Positions 1-9,730 of a DNA stretch of 64,000 nucleotides are shown here, one piece after another (the stretch's first letter is position 1; the number at the start of each line of letters is the position of its first letter). The notes beneath the pieces are model-generated. The model made no database searches. It saw nothing but the letters and a program-made list of their open reading frames with translations, and had not been told where the DNA came from. Position numbers and translations under genes: made by a program. The stretch comes from an uncultured Pseudohongiella sp. (lineage in GTDB: Bacteria; Pseudomonadota; Gammaproteobacteria; Pseudomonadales; Pseudohongiellaceae): NCBI GenBank assembly GCA_963974875.1, contig CAXBER010000005.1, positions 120,928 to 184,927 of the forward strand, read 5' to 3'.

Positions 1-429
1 GGCATGGGTTGCAAAAAACAGCATGGTGGTTTGTGGTACATACATTAATACGGCGTACCACAGGGTGTCCAGTTCGCCGCCGGTGCTGATGATGGTCGAG
101 CCTGCCAGTCGCAGGCTGGTGTAGGCCAGCAGGATGCCCCAAGCCCAGTTCGGTATGGCTGACTCATCGGTAAACAGATGGCGGCTGATCAGCCACAAAA
201 GGAAGGGGGCACTGATGGCCAGTGCGCGGACTACCTGTTGCAAGAAAATGGGGGCGGTCAGCGTGGCAGGCATTACCAGCACGATATAGGCAATCAGGCA
301 GAAGCTGTAAAATGCTACCAATCGACCCAGTTTCTGATGGCGGTAATGCGCCAGATATGAGAATCCCATGAACAGCAATTGTGAAATTGCGAGTGCACTG
401 ACTGAATAATGCAATATGAGCTGTGTCAT
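1..429 (-). CDS. Partial membrane-anchored protein running off the window start, probably an AraC-family regulator with an N-terminal transmembrane domain
   Basis: My own translation from ATG at 429 (MTQLILHYSVSALAISQLLFMGFSYL...) is open to base 1 and has several hydrophobic segments. It is divergent from a TBDR. The HTH domain would lie outside the window, so the product is inferred. Confidence 0.55.
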   Translation of the reverse strand, partial: MTQLILHYSVSALAISQLLFMGFSYLAHYRHQKLGRLVAFYSFCLIAYIVLVMPATLTAPIFLQQVVRALAISAPFLLWLISRHLFTDESAIPNWAWGILLAYTSLRLAGSTIISTGGELDTLWYAVLMYVPQTTMLFFATHA

Positions 430-702
430 AGCAGATTCGTCTTATTGTTGTTTTGATATTAATCAAGATAATCCACGGGAAATGATTAAGCAATAAAATT
501 TGCTGACAGATTTTTTTAAACGGCAAGGCAAGGCTGCTGTTCGGAATTCGTCAGGCCTGTCTATTCTGCAATCGCCGGATTTCAGAGTTCGTCAGAACTA
601 TTTTCATATTACGCAAGACTTGATGGCAGGGCATGTAAGGTAATGCAACAGAGCGTTACGTTCAGTAAGAAATAAATAACAATAATCAGACGAGGACTCT
701 AC

Positions 703-3700
703 ATGCTTATCAATCGCCATGGCTCACTGCGCCCGCGTTTTACCCGTAATACCAGCGCGCTGTGCGTCGCCGTTTCAATGTCAATGTTTGCTCTTTCATC
801 CACCACCCATGCCCAAAACAACACGCCCGAAGTGGAAGAGGTGCTTGTCACCGGTTCCTTTATCCGTCGCAGCGAAGGCCTGAACGCCGCATCGCCGGTT
901 ACTCAGCTGAGCGCCGAGGATCTGGAAGCGCAGGGCACCGTCAATATGGCCCAGGTCGTGCAGAATTTAACATTCAACAATGGCACTGCCGTTACCAACT
1001 CCATCCAGGGGGTCACCAGTACTACCTCCAGCTTCAATTTGCGCGGTCTTGGCTCAAGAGCCACGCTCACCCTGATTGACGGTAAACGAATTGCAACCGA
1101 TAACGTTCAGTCCATGCTGCCGGCATCGGCGCTGCAGCGCATCGAAGTGGTAACTGATGGCGCGGCTGCGCTTTATGGCACTGACGCGGTGGCCGGTGTG
1201 GTTAACCTGATTCCCTACAGCTCCTATGACGGCTTTAAGGCCGAGTATTTTGAAGAGGGTGACAGCCGGGGTGATTACCGCAAGGTGGAAACCTCTTTTC
1301 TGGGAGGCAAAAGTTTCGGCAGTGTGGATCTGGTGGTTGCCGGTTCCTACGTGGATGCCTCAGCGCTGGAATGGGCGGAACGTCCTGACTACGTCAAGTC
1401 TGGTCTGACCCACAACGGTGGCTCAAATCCCGGCAATTTTCTGGTGCCGAACCGCGATGCCAATGGTGATTTGACCGGCACGTCCGGCAGCCGCGTCGAT
1501 CCCAGCTGTGGATTTAAAACCGAACCTGATCAGGTGAGCAATGGCAATAACGCCTGGGGCAATCCGCTGGGCGGCCGCTGCTTTATGAGTTTTGGCGATA
1601 CCCGGGACTTTCAGCCGGAGTTTGATACGTCATCGCTGTACGGCAATCTGAACTGGGACGTCAATTCAGATATCACTTTCCGATCACAGGTTATCTGGAA
1701 CCGCCAGGTTACCCGTAACCGTAACAACACCGGTAACCCGGGCGCCCGAACCGCAGATCTTCCCATCGTCCGCGGGGAACTGCCGGGCAACAACTTCCGC
1801 GCAAGAACATCTACAGGCGCAGATCTGTTCGCAGAGCCGGCACGGGACGGCACCGGGGCAATCATACTGGACGGGTACGGCCGGCCACTGCCGCTGCGTA
1901 ATGCCTCAGGTCAGGTGCAGTTTGCCAACAACCGGTTTGCCTCCATAGACAGTGATCCATTGGGCGGTGTGCCGTTCAGTGAAGATGTCAGTATCAATGG
2001 TTCACAGTGGCTGCCTTTCGGCAAGCCCGAGGCAAACACCATCCCGACGGAAATGCAGAAATACGGCCATATTCAGATGAACCATGGTGACCGGCGTGCA
2101 CTGCGCTTTTCAACAGGGCTGGATTTTACCGTGCCGATGCTGGAAGGCTGGCGTGGTACCGCCAACTATGTCTACAGCCACTATGACAATGTGGGCAACA
2201 GCACGCAGCAATTCAGCCTGGGCGCTGTTGCGCAAGGTCTGAACTGCGATGTTGTCAATGACGTCAACAGCTGTTTCAACCCGTTTGGCGCAACTGATGC
2301 GCGGTTCAGAACGCCTCAGCACGTAGCCGACGCGATCTTTACCCAGGATCAGGTGGATGACCGGGATTCTCTGCAGACCTTTGACATTATCTTCAGTGGT
2401 GACGTGCGGCTGGGCAATTTTGAATTACCGGGCGGCGTTATCGCCATGGCGGCCGGTTACCAGCGCCGTGAAGAAACTGACAAGAACGGTCCCAGTGCGA
2501 CTTCCATCCGCAACGACCAGTTGATTGGCGTGCAGGCGCTGCCCACCAGTCAGAGTCGTACCAGTGACTCATGGTTTGCCGAGCTGGCATTTCCAATACT
2601 CGACAATCTGGAGCTGTCTGCTGCAGTACGCGACGAAAGTTTCAGTACCGGCCAGGGTGCAGTGGTCGACAAGTTCGGTCTGGTCTATGTACCCACCGAC
2701 TGGCTGAGCATGCGCGCTACCATGGGTGAGGCATTTATCGTGCCTACGTTGTCTCAGCTGAATTCACCTGAAGTCTGCGGGCTGAGCAACGTGGATGATC
2801 TGTTCTCACCCTTTCAGGGCTTCATTACTTCCTGCCGTACCGGGAACCCGAATCTGTTTTCCGAAGGTTCGGAAAGCCTGTCGTTTGGTGTGGATCTGGC
2901 CTTGCTCGACAACCTGACCTGGTCACTTACCTGGAGCGAAACAGACTTTGTTGACCGTATCGTGAGCACCACAACACAGGACATCATCCGTTCAGACTAC
3001 CGCAACTTCAGAGAAGCATCGGGTTTTAATCCGACAGACGCCAATCCCTATCCGACGCTGGCGCAACTGCAGTCCTGGATGAACGATCCGCGTTCAGACA
3101 AGCGTATTATTCGCAACGCGGCTGACATCACTACACCCGACAGAATCCTGCAGAGTGACTCAAATGCGTCGTCCATGCTGGTGCGTGCCTGGGATACCCA
3201 GATTGACTATGACTTCAGTCTGGATGATCTGAGCCTGAATGGCTGGGGTGATATCAGCATGCAGTTGCAGGCAACCTATGTGGATACCTACAGTTTCCAG
3301 ATGGCAGCAGATCTGCCAGTCATGGAAGCGGTCGGCAGGCAGAACAATGACTTTGGCGCGGTGCCGACCATTCCGCAGATCCGTGCCAACCTGCGCATCA
3401 ACTGGTCACTGGGTAACCACACGGTCAGCACGACGACACGGTTTATCGATGAGGTGTCGTTTGATGCCAACGAGTTCAGCTTCCAGCAGTTCTTCCCGGG
3501 CGCTGAATGGGGTGGTCCAACGGAGTCTCTGCGCGCCTGGACCCAGCTGGACATGTTCTACTCCTACCGGGGACTGGAGCTGTTCGGCAGCGATGTCAAT
3601 CTGTCAGTGGGCGCTCGCAACCTGACCGACCGTATGCCGCAGAAAACCGGCATGATTGCCGGTGTGGCGGCTGAATCCCAGGATGTTCTGGGACGGGTGG

Positions 3701-3729
3701 TCTACGGCCGGGTGAACTTCAACTTCTGA
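703..3729 (+). CDS. TonB-dependent outer-membrane receptor
   Basis: 1008 aa with signal peptide, TonB box-like EEVLVTGS, plug motifs (NLRGLG, RIEVVTDGAAALYGTDAVAGVVN) and C-terminal GRVNFNF. Confidence 0.95.
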   Translation: MLINRHGSLRPRFTRNTSALCVAVSMSMFALSSTTHAQNNTPEVEEVLVTGSFIRRSEGLNAASPVTQLSAEDLEAQGTVNMAQVVQNLTFNNGTAVTNSIQGVTSTTSSFNLRGLGSRATLTLIDGKRIATDNVQSMLPASALQRIEVVTDGAAALYGTDAVAGVVNLIPYSSYDGFKAEYFEEGDSRGDYRKVETSFLGGKSFGSVDLVVAGSYVDASALEWAERPDYVKSGLTHNGGSNPGNFLVPNRDANGDLTGTSGSRVDPSCGFKTEPDQVSNGNNAWGNPLGGRCFMSFGDTRDFQPEFDTSSLYGNLNWDVNSDITFRSQVIWNRQVTRNRNNTGNPGARTADLPIVRGELPGNNFRARTSTGADLFAEPARDGTGAIILDGYGRPLPLRNASGQVQFANNRFASIDSDPLGGVPFSEDVSINGSQWLPFGKPEANTIPTEMQKYGHIQMNHGDRRALRFSTGLDFTVPMLEGWRGTANYVYSHYDNVGNSTQQFSLGAVAQGLNCDVVNDVNSCFNPFGATDARFRTPQHVADAIFTQDQVDDRDSLQTFDIIFSGDVRLGNFELPGGVIAMAAGYQRREETDKNGPSATSIRNDQLIGVQALPTSQSRTSDSWFAELAFPILDNLELSAAVRDESFSTGQGAVVDKFGLVYVPTDWLSMRATMGEAFIVPTLSQLNSPEVCGLSNVDDLFSPFQGFITSCRTGNPNLFSEGSESLSFGVDLALLDNLTWSLTWSETDFVDRIVSTTTQDIIRSDYRNFREASGFNPTDANPYPTLAQLQSWMNDPRSDKRIIRNAADITTPDRILQSDSNASSMLVRAWDTQIDYDFSLDDLSLNGWGDISMQLQATYVDTYSFQMAADLPVMEAVGRQNNDFGAVPTIPQIRANLRINWSLGNHTVSTTTRFIDEVSFDANEFSFQQFFPGAEWGGPTESLRAWTQLDMFYSYRGLELFGSDVNLSVGARNLTDRMPQKTGMIAGVAAESQDVLGRVVYGRVNFNF

Positions 3730-3750
3730 TCAACAAACGTTGACTGCAAC

Positions 3751-3797
3751 AACCGGAAACCCTGCCCGACAGCAATGTCGAGCGGGGTTTTCCGGTT
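3751..3797. terminator. Probable bidirectional intrinsic terminator between convergent genes
   Basis: Long inverted repeat AACCGGAAACCC...GGGGTTTTCCGGTT. Confidence 0.75.
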
Positions 3798-5049
3798 ATT
3801 CAAGGCCCTGCGCCAGCGCAGCCGCCCCATCGGTGGCTATCTGCCGGGCCTGCTCAAGCAATCGTGCGGCTGCCTCGGGAGCATGCACGCCACGTGAGGC
3901 ATCGGCATCAACAAAATCCCAGCGAAACTGCGCCTGGCGATGCGCCCGCTGCGCTGCCGCAAGGGCCGGGTGATCAGGGTTGTCAGTCTGCGCCGTGGAC
4001 AACGCATCCATCAGAGTGCTCAGCGCTGATTCGGTCTGGGCAAGTAACGTATCGGTATTCTGCTGGATACGCTGAGTGCGTTGTGTCATTCGTGCAGCGT
4101 CACCGCGATGACAACCCATGCAGGCCTGCTGCACTTGCTGCAGTGGGCTGCGGATCCAGTGATCGGTGATTTCGCTACCCTGGAACTGCACGCGGGGCAT
4201 GTGACAGTCTGCACAGCTGACACCCACGGCGGCATGTGGTCCCTGACTGTGCAATTCATAGTTGGGGTGTTGCACCTTGATCAGTCCGGCACCCGTCCCG
4301 GGGTGGGTCCAGTCACTGAATCCCAGATCCGCATAAAAACGTTCGATGCTGTCCGGTTCCAGACCGTTTGCCCACGGAAAAACCAGTTCATTTCCATCGC
4401 CGCGAAAATAATATTCGACGTGGCACTGTGCGCAAACGTAGTCACGCATTTTTTCGGGTGGCGCAGCATCAGGATCGATGCCCTGCGACTGCAATGCATT
4501 GCGCAGTGCGGGACGGGTGATGGTCAATGCCATGGTGCCAGGCTGATGGCAGTCGGCGCAACTGCTGCCATGATGCACGCGTGCCGCAATATCCTGATAG
4601 GACATGGCATTCAGATTGTCCCAGCCCAGTTCTGCGACCAGCGCAGGGGCTTCGGCAGCATGACAGTGAATACAGCCGGCCGGCTGCTCGCGCTCCAGTG
4701 TACGGCGGCTGTTGCGCTGATCCGCTTGCGCATAGTAGTGCGCTCGTGCAGCGTTATACTCCAGTTCAAAGGCCATGCCTGCCCAGGCGCGGGCGCGGAA
4801 CGGATTTTCGGCCAGGCGATCATGCTGCGGGCTGGTATCGGCGCCGTTACCCTGCAAAAAACCGCCCTGAAAATAAGAGGCAACATGCAGCGGATACAGT
4901 GTTTGCCATAACGCCGGATCGGTCGCACTGCTCAACTGCTCGCCGCGCTGCAGTTGCTGCCAGCCGAACCCCAGCGCGAGTAGCATCACCACTGGCAGGC
5001 TGGCCAGTGCCAGCAGTTTTGCCCATCGTTCACGCATAGCTGACCTCAC
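3796..5049 (-). CDS. nrfA: NrfA-like pentaheme cytochrome c552 (ammonia-forming nitrite reductase family), heme-1 CXXCH variant
   Basis: Five heme motifs CIHCH, CADCH, CAQCH, CADCH, CMGCH; CAQCHVEYYF; KVQH between hemes 3 and 4; WAGMAFELEYNAARAHYY; QFRWDFV; N-terminal membrane anchor. Alternative start is ATG 5037. Confidence 0.85.
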   Translation of the reverse strand: MRSAMRERWAKLLALASLPVVMLLALGFGWQQLQRGEQLSSATDPALWQTLYPLHVASYFQGGFLQGNGADTSPQHDRLAENPFRARAWAGMAFELEYNAARAHYYAQADQRNSRRTLEREQPAGCIHCHAAEAPALVAELGWDNLNAMSYQDIAARVHHGSSCADCHQPGTMALTITRPALRNALQSQGIDPDAAPPEKMRDYVCAQCHVEYYFRGDGNELVFPWANGLEPDSIERFYADLGFSDWTHPGTGAGLIKVQHPNYELHSQGPHAAVGVSCADCHMPRVQFQGSEITDHWIRSPLQQVQQACMGCHRGDAARMTQRTQRIQQNTDTLLAQTESALSTLMDALSTAQTDNPDHPALAAAQRAHRQAQFRWDFVDADASRGVHAPEAAARLLEQARQIATDGAAALAQGLE

Positions 5050-6365
5050 GCCATATCAAAGAGTTCCGAGTGAATGCGACGCAGTGGCACGCCAAGCACG
5101 CGCAGATATTTTTCCATATTGACAATCATCGGGCGCGGACCACAAATAAAATACTCATAGTCTGCGCGATTGTCCGGGAGGTGTCGCTGCAGGATGTCCC
5201 GGGTAATCCAGCCAGTTTCACCGTGCCACTGCGCAGGTGGTGACTCAAGCACCGGCACGCTGGTCAGGTTCAGGTTTGCCGCCAGGGCGGTGATGTCCTC
5301 TCGCCGGGGTATGCGCTCAAATTCACTGTGCGCGGCAAACAGGACGTGCAGGCGTTTGTCGTTTGCGGCCAGCAGACCTTCCAGCATACTGATGACCGGC
5401 GCGACACCAATGCCGCCGGCGATAAACACAAATCCGGGTGCCTGAGGATAGTGCGAACAGGAAAATATACCATACGGCCCGTCCACACAGGCCGGCGTGC
5501 CAACCGGGTAGTTTGCCAGCGTGGCGGTGAAATCGCCCAGCGCCTTGATGGTAAAACACACACTGCCGTCCGCAGTCGGTGCACATGAAAAAGAGAAGGG
5601 ATGTTCCTGCATGGTAAAGGGTGAATGCCCCAGGCTGAGCCAGGCGAACTGCCCCGGCGTGAACTGCATACCATTGTGCCCCACTGGTCTGAGCACCAGC
5701 GTACGACTTTCACCACGTTCAGCGCGGTTTTCCACCAGTTGCCAGGGCCGGGCGGCCAGTCGCCAGGGTCTGATCAGACGGACAGTGACTATCAGCGCTA
5801 CCAGAATCAGCAACATCAGCACCAGTGCAAATGCCAGGACCGGTGTCGCGCTGTAGTAACCAATGGCAAACAGATGGGCCACCACCAGACCAACCACCGT
5901 CAGTGCCAGAAGCAGATGCAGAATGCGCCAGTGGTTATAGTGTAGCTGCAGTGTGCGGCGCCAGACCGAGGTCACTACCAGCAGTGCCAGCACCAGTAGC
6001 GCCAGCCAGCCACTGGTGAGCGCCCAGTCAGCCGGCAACAGACGTTGCCAGCGGGCGGGATCGTCAGCCAGCAGAAACAGCGGGTGCAGCAATACCAGCA
6101 TCACAAGAGCGCTGGCGGCATACCGATGAAAGTAATAGATGATGTCGATGCCAAAGGGCGCAGTGGGCTGGCGCAACCGCGCTGTCAGCGGAAACTGGCC
6201 CAGCAGCAGGCCCAGCGCACCAAAACCCAGCGCAATACCACTTTCCCACCAGAAACCGCCCTTGGCCGGCACCGGCGTGGTGAGCATCAGCAGCAGCGGT
6301 GCCAGCGCCAGCAGCGCATACAGCGTGAACCAGCTCAATGCCTGAATGCGCAGTGGTACGGTCAT
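5046..6365 (-). CDS. Ferric-reductase/NOX-like transmembrane flavocytochrome (heme b domain + FAD + NAD(P)H-binding domains)
   Basis: Six hydrophobic segments with two H-X13-H pairs, followed by HPFS, DGPYG, AGGIGVAP and ICGP motifs. Confidence 0.9.
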   Translation of the reverse strand: MTVPLRIQALSWFTLYALLALAPLLLMLTTPVPAKGGFWWESGIALGFGALGLLLGQFPLTARLRQPTAPFGIDIIYYFHRYAASALVMLVLLHPLFLLADDPARWQRLLPADWALTSGWLALLVLALLVVTSVWRRTLQLHYNHWRILHLLLALTVVGLVVAHLFAIGYYSATPVLAFALVLMLLILVALIVTVRLIRPWRLAARPWQLVENRAERGESRTLVLRPVGHNGMQFTPGQFAWLSLGHSPFTMQEHPFSFSCAPTADGSVCFTIKALGDFTATLANYPVGTPACVDGPYGIFSCSHYPQAPGFVFIAGGIGVAPVISMLEGLLAANDKRLHVLFAAHSEFERIPRREDITALAANLNLTSVPVLESPPAQWHGETGWITRDILQRHLPDNRADYEYFICGPRPMIVNMEKYLRVLGVPLRRIHSELFDMA

Positions 6366-6455
6366 CTGTGTCCCCCGCGGGTCAGTGTTGTACCCGTCAA
6401 TTGATTACATGAGCTTATCGACAATATGAACTTTATGTGTCAAATAAGCGAATTT

Positions 6456-6512
6456 TTGTCAAGCAAGATTCATAAATATCAAGAAAATCTGTCACACAAG
6501 TCTCTCTATAAT
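6456..6512 (+). promoter_or_regulatory. Putative PhoB-type promoter for the TBDR-phosphatase genes
   Basis: Heptamers in an 11-bp register (TTGTCAA 6456, GATTCAT 6467, CTGTCAC 6489; the 6478 position is poor), with a perfect TATAAT at 6507-6512, 11 bp after the last heptamer. Confidence 0.55.
6469..6482 (-). promoter_or_regulatory. FNR/DNR-like box upstream of the reductase-nrfA operon
   Basis: Minus strand reads TTGAT-ATTT-ATGAA, a 9/10 match to TTGAT-N4-ATCAA. Confidence 0.45.
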
Positions 6513-6629
6513 GCGCTCGCACTAAACTGTTAGAGCCGGCGCCCTTTTTGGGTGCGCGGGCATTTCTCCTAACCAAAAAACACTGACCATAAAGTGTCAG
6601 GTTTACGTCATATTACCTGGAGTTACAAG

Positions 6630-9600
6630 ATGAAGTTCAGAAAAAACCTGTTGAGTCAGGCAATTATAGTTGCGCTGTTTACGGTGCCGGCTATGGAGCT
6701 GGTGGCACAGACGCCCGGATCAGCTAATTTTGCTATCGCACAGGCAGGTGCAACCGGTATGGTCGCGGTGACCGGAGAAATCAGCGGTGTGGTAACAGAT
6801 GCCGTGCGAGGCGTTTATCTGGTTGGCGCAGAGGTGCGCATCAGTGGCATTGAAGTTGTAGCCGTAACGGACAGCGAAGGACGTTTCACACTGCGTTCGG
6901 TGCCAGTCGGCAACTACACGCTGGACGTCAGTTATCTGGGCCGCCCGTCGCGCCAGGCCACAGTAACAGTGACCGGCAATCAGGTGGCGACAGTAGACGT
7001 GGTGCTTGGTGCAACAGGTGAAAATGACCAGGTAATAGAGAGTATGGTAGTGATCGGCGCGCGCCCGCAGGCTGAATCCGAAGCCAGGGCACTGCAGATG
7101 CAGCGCTCTTCCGCTGCCATCATCAGTGTGGTGTCGGCAGACGCCGTGGGTCAGTTCCCGGACCAGAACATTGCTGCGGCGCTCTCACGTCTGCCGGGTA
7201 TCGCGGTTCAGCGCGACCAGGGGCAGGAGCGTTCAGTCAGTCTGCGCGGCGCGCCATCGCGCTGGAGCACGATTTCATTTGACGGCGTCAACGTGATTGC
7301 GCCCAGTGGTAAATCCGCGCGTACCGACACAGTGCCTGCGGCCATTGGCAGCGCTGTTGCTGTGCGCAAGGCAGTGACGCCAGCCATGCAAGGTGAGTCG
7401 CTGGCAGGCAATGTTGATATCATCACCCGGGGCGCGTTTGATTATCGGGGCTTCAAGTCTGCCTTGAACGTTGGTGCCGGTTACAACGAACTCGGCGGCA
7501 CGGATCAGAATGAGATTGGCGGCTTTGTTGCCAATACATTCGCCGATGGGCGTTTTGGTGTGCTGGTGTCGGCATCGCGATACGAGCGCGACATGATCAC
7601 CGACAACTTTGAGACTGACTGGGAAACCGGAGAGGATTCCCAGGACCGTGAACCCGGTTTCGAAGATCGCGCCTGGGCGGATGCACACCAGAACAAACTT
7701 TACCGCCTGACTCGCAGCAATACTGCGTACTCCGGCCGGTTTGACTTCCGTCCATCTGACGAACATCATTTTTTCTTCAGCTCCATCTACACCGAATTCA
7801 CCGATGATGAGTTGCGCAATGCTCACGAATTCGATTTTGATGACGGCGCAACGCGTACCGACCGTGCTGATGTGACACGCGGCTATGCCGATGTCCGTAC
7901 CGGCAACACCCCGTTGCAGGGTACAATCTACGGTGTGGAACTGGACAGCTCCCTGAATTCCAACAGGACACTGGAAAGCATTTTCACCAATACGCTTGGC
8001 GGTGAACAGCGATTCGGTGACTGGGATGCCTCCTGGCGGCTCAACTACAGTAATTCCCGTTCCGAGAGCGGACCGTCTATCCAGTCGGCCTGGAGAAGCC
8101 CTCGCGGAGCAGATGCGTTCAGCCATCGTCCGACTGTGGTCTATGATTACACCGACCGGGCAAGACACGGCGTCAGGCTTTACGAAACCATCGTAAATGC
8201 CGATGGGTCGCTCTCGCAAGGTGCCGTGAAGCGCTCTCTTGATCCACAGGATTACGAGTTTGTCCGACTGCGGAACAATGAACGGTTACAGGACAGTGAG
8301 TCCTCCAGCGTGCGTCTGGACCTGAGTCGTGATCTGACACTGTTCGGCCGACCGACTGATTTCCAGTTTGGTTTCCAGTACGACGACAGATCAAAGAAGG
8401 ACACCCGCCAGAGGCAGGAAATTTCTTCGGGCGCACTTGCCGATGCCGGCGTCGCTTTCCCGACTACCGATGATTTTGCCATCAATGATCCGTACCAGGG
8501 CGCACTACCGCTGGGTTATACCTTCCGCTACTTCTCGGACAGTGGTCTGCGGAGCCTGTGGAGCAGTCTTGCCGGACAGGGTCTGGCCGAAATCGACGCT
8601 AACGACTCACGGACCAATAATTACGAGGTCACCGAAACCGTGCTGGCCGGCTATGCGATGGCAACCACCTATTATGACTGGGGTAACATCCTGACGGGTG
8701 CACGTGTTGAACGCGTAGAAAACACCGGCAGCGCTCTGGTCCGGTTCGGAAATAATTTCGAGCCTGCCAAGGTTGGCGGCGACAGCGTTGAGATATTCCC
8801 CAGTGTGCACGTGAACTGGGACATCAACGACGAGCTCAAACTGCGCCTTTCAGCCAACAGCGGTGCGGCGCGGCCTGATTTCACCGTCCTGCGGCCGAAC
8901 TACACCGTCTCTGACGAGAACGAAACAATCAGCGGCGGCAATCCGCTGGCTGGTCCGGAGAAGGCTGTCGGCGGTGATGCCTACCTCGAATGGTACATGC
9001 CATCTGGCGCCTTCTTCTCTGTTGGTGCGTATTACAAGGCGCTGGATGATGTGCTCTTCACTGTCACCCGGCCGCGCTTCGGCAGCGATGTCTTGAACCA
9101 GACCGGGGTTGACCGGTCCGGGTACGAGTACACGACTATCGATAATGGTGGCAGTGGTCATATCGCCGGGTTTGAACTTGCAGTGTCACAGACGCTCGAG
9201 CCGTTCGCAGACCGTATGAACCTGCCAGACTGGGTGAGCGGTTTCGGCTTCCGCGGCAACCTGACGCTCAACGATTCGGAGAGCGAAACGCCTGACGGTC
9301 GCAAGATCCAGTTGCCCGGTTCGTCCGACACCATCTACAACCTGGCGCTGTCCTATGAGCGCTATGATCTGTCGACTCGGCTCAGCTGGCAGTACCGCAC
9401 CAAGTGGATCGACAGCATCGGCAATGGCGACATTCTGGGTGACGGCTACTGGGATGAAGTCGGTCGTCTGGATTTCAAGGTAGGGTATTCGTTTAATGAG
9501 AACGTTAATGTCTATCTGGAAGCGAACAACCTGCTGGAAGAGCCGGGTATCCGTTATGAAGGTGAGACGTACCGGGTCTCTGAGTACGAGGAGTTCGGGC

Positions 9601-9635
9601 GCCGCTACATGATCGGCCTGCGCATGAACTTCTGA
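6630..9635 (+). CDS. TonB-dependent receptor with N-terminal carboxypeptidase-regulatory-like domain
   Basis: ORF 6594..9635 with likely ATG at 6630 (MKFRKNLLSQA); VGQFPDQNIAAALSRLPGI plug motif; C-terminal GLRMNF. Confidence 0.95.
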   Translation: MKFRKNLLSQAIIVALFTVPAMELVAQTPGSANFAIAQAGATGMVAVTGEISGVVTDAVRGVYLVGAEVRISGIEVVAVTDSEGRFTLRSVPVGNYTLDVSYLGRPSRQATVTVTGNQVATVDVVLGATGENDQVIESMVVIGARPQAESEARALQMQRSSAAIISVVSADAVGQFPDQNIAAALSRLPGIAVQRDQGQERSVSLRGAPSRWSTISFDGVNVIAPSGKSARTDTVPAAIGSAVAVRKAVTPAMQGESLAGNVDIITRGAFDYRGFKSALNVGAGYNELGGTDQNEIGGFVANTFADGRFGVLVSASRYERDMITDNFETDWETGEDSQDREPGFEDRAWADAHQNKLYRLTRSNTAYSGRFDFRPSDEHHFFFSSIYTEFTDDELRNAHEFDFDDGATRTDRADVTRGYADVRTGNTPLQGTIYGVELDSSLNSNRTLESIFTNTLGGEQRFGDWDASWRLNYSNSRSESGPSIQSAWRSPRGADAFSHRPTVVYDYTDRARHGVRLYETIVNADGSLSQGAVKRSLDPQDYEFVRLRNNERLQDSESSSVRLDLSRDLTLFGRPTDFQFGFQYDDRSKKDTRQRQEISSGALADAGVAFPTTDDFAINDPYQGALPLGYTFRYFSDSGLRSLWSSLAGQGLAEIDANDSRTNNYEVTETVLAGYAMATTYYDWGNILTGARVERVENTGSALVRFGNNFEPAKVGGDSVEIFPSVHVNWDINDELKLRLSANSGAARPDFTVLRPNYTVSDENETISGGNPLAGPEKAVGGDAYLEWYMPSGAFFSVGAYYKALDDVLFTVTRPRFGSDVLNQTGVDRSGYEYTTIDNGGSGHIAGFELAVSQTLEPFADRMNLPDWVSGFGFRGNLTLNDSESETPDGRKIQLPGSSDTIYNLALSYERYDLSTRLSWQYRTKWIDSIGNGDILGDGYWDEVGRLDFKVGYSFNENVNVYLEANNLLEEPGIRYEGETYRVSEYEEFGRRYMIGLRMNF

Positions 9636-9669
9636 CTATGACGTTCCAGCTATGACGTTCTAAAAAGAC

Positions 9670-9705
9670 ATGCCCCCTCCGGTGAACGCCGACGGGGGCA
9701 TTTTT
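9670..9705 (+). terminator. Intrinsic terminator/attenuator hairpin
   Basis: ATGCCCCC...GGGGGCAT followed by a T-run. Confidence 0.7.
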
Positions 9706-9730
9706 CAAATAAATCGCGGGAATCATACTC

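Noticed and set aside
164-526. 120-aa minus-strand ORF from the track
   Set aside because: It is out of frame with the more plausible membrane-protein frame that starts at 429 and runs off the window.
3796-5049. Octaheme nitrite reductase or hydroxylamine oxidoreductase
   Set aside because: Only five CXXCH motifs are present, with NrfA-type spacing and signatures.
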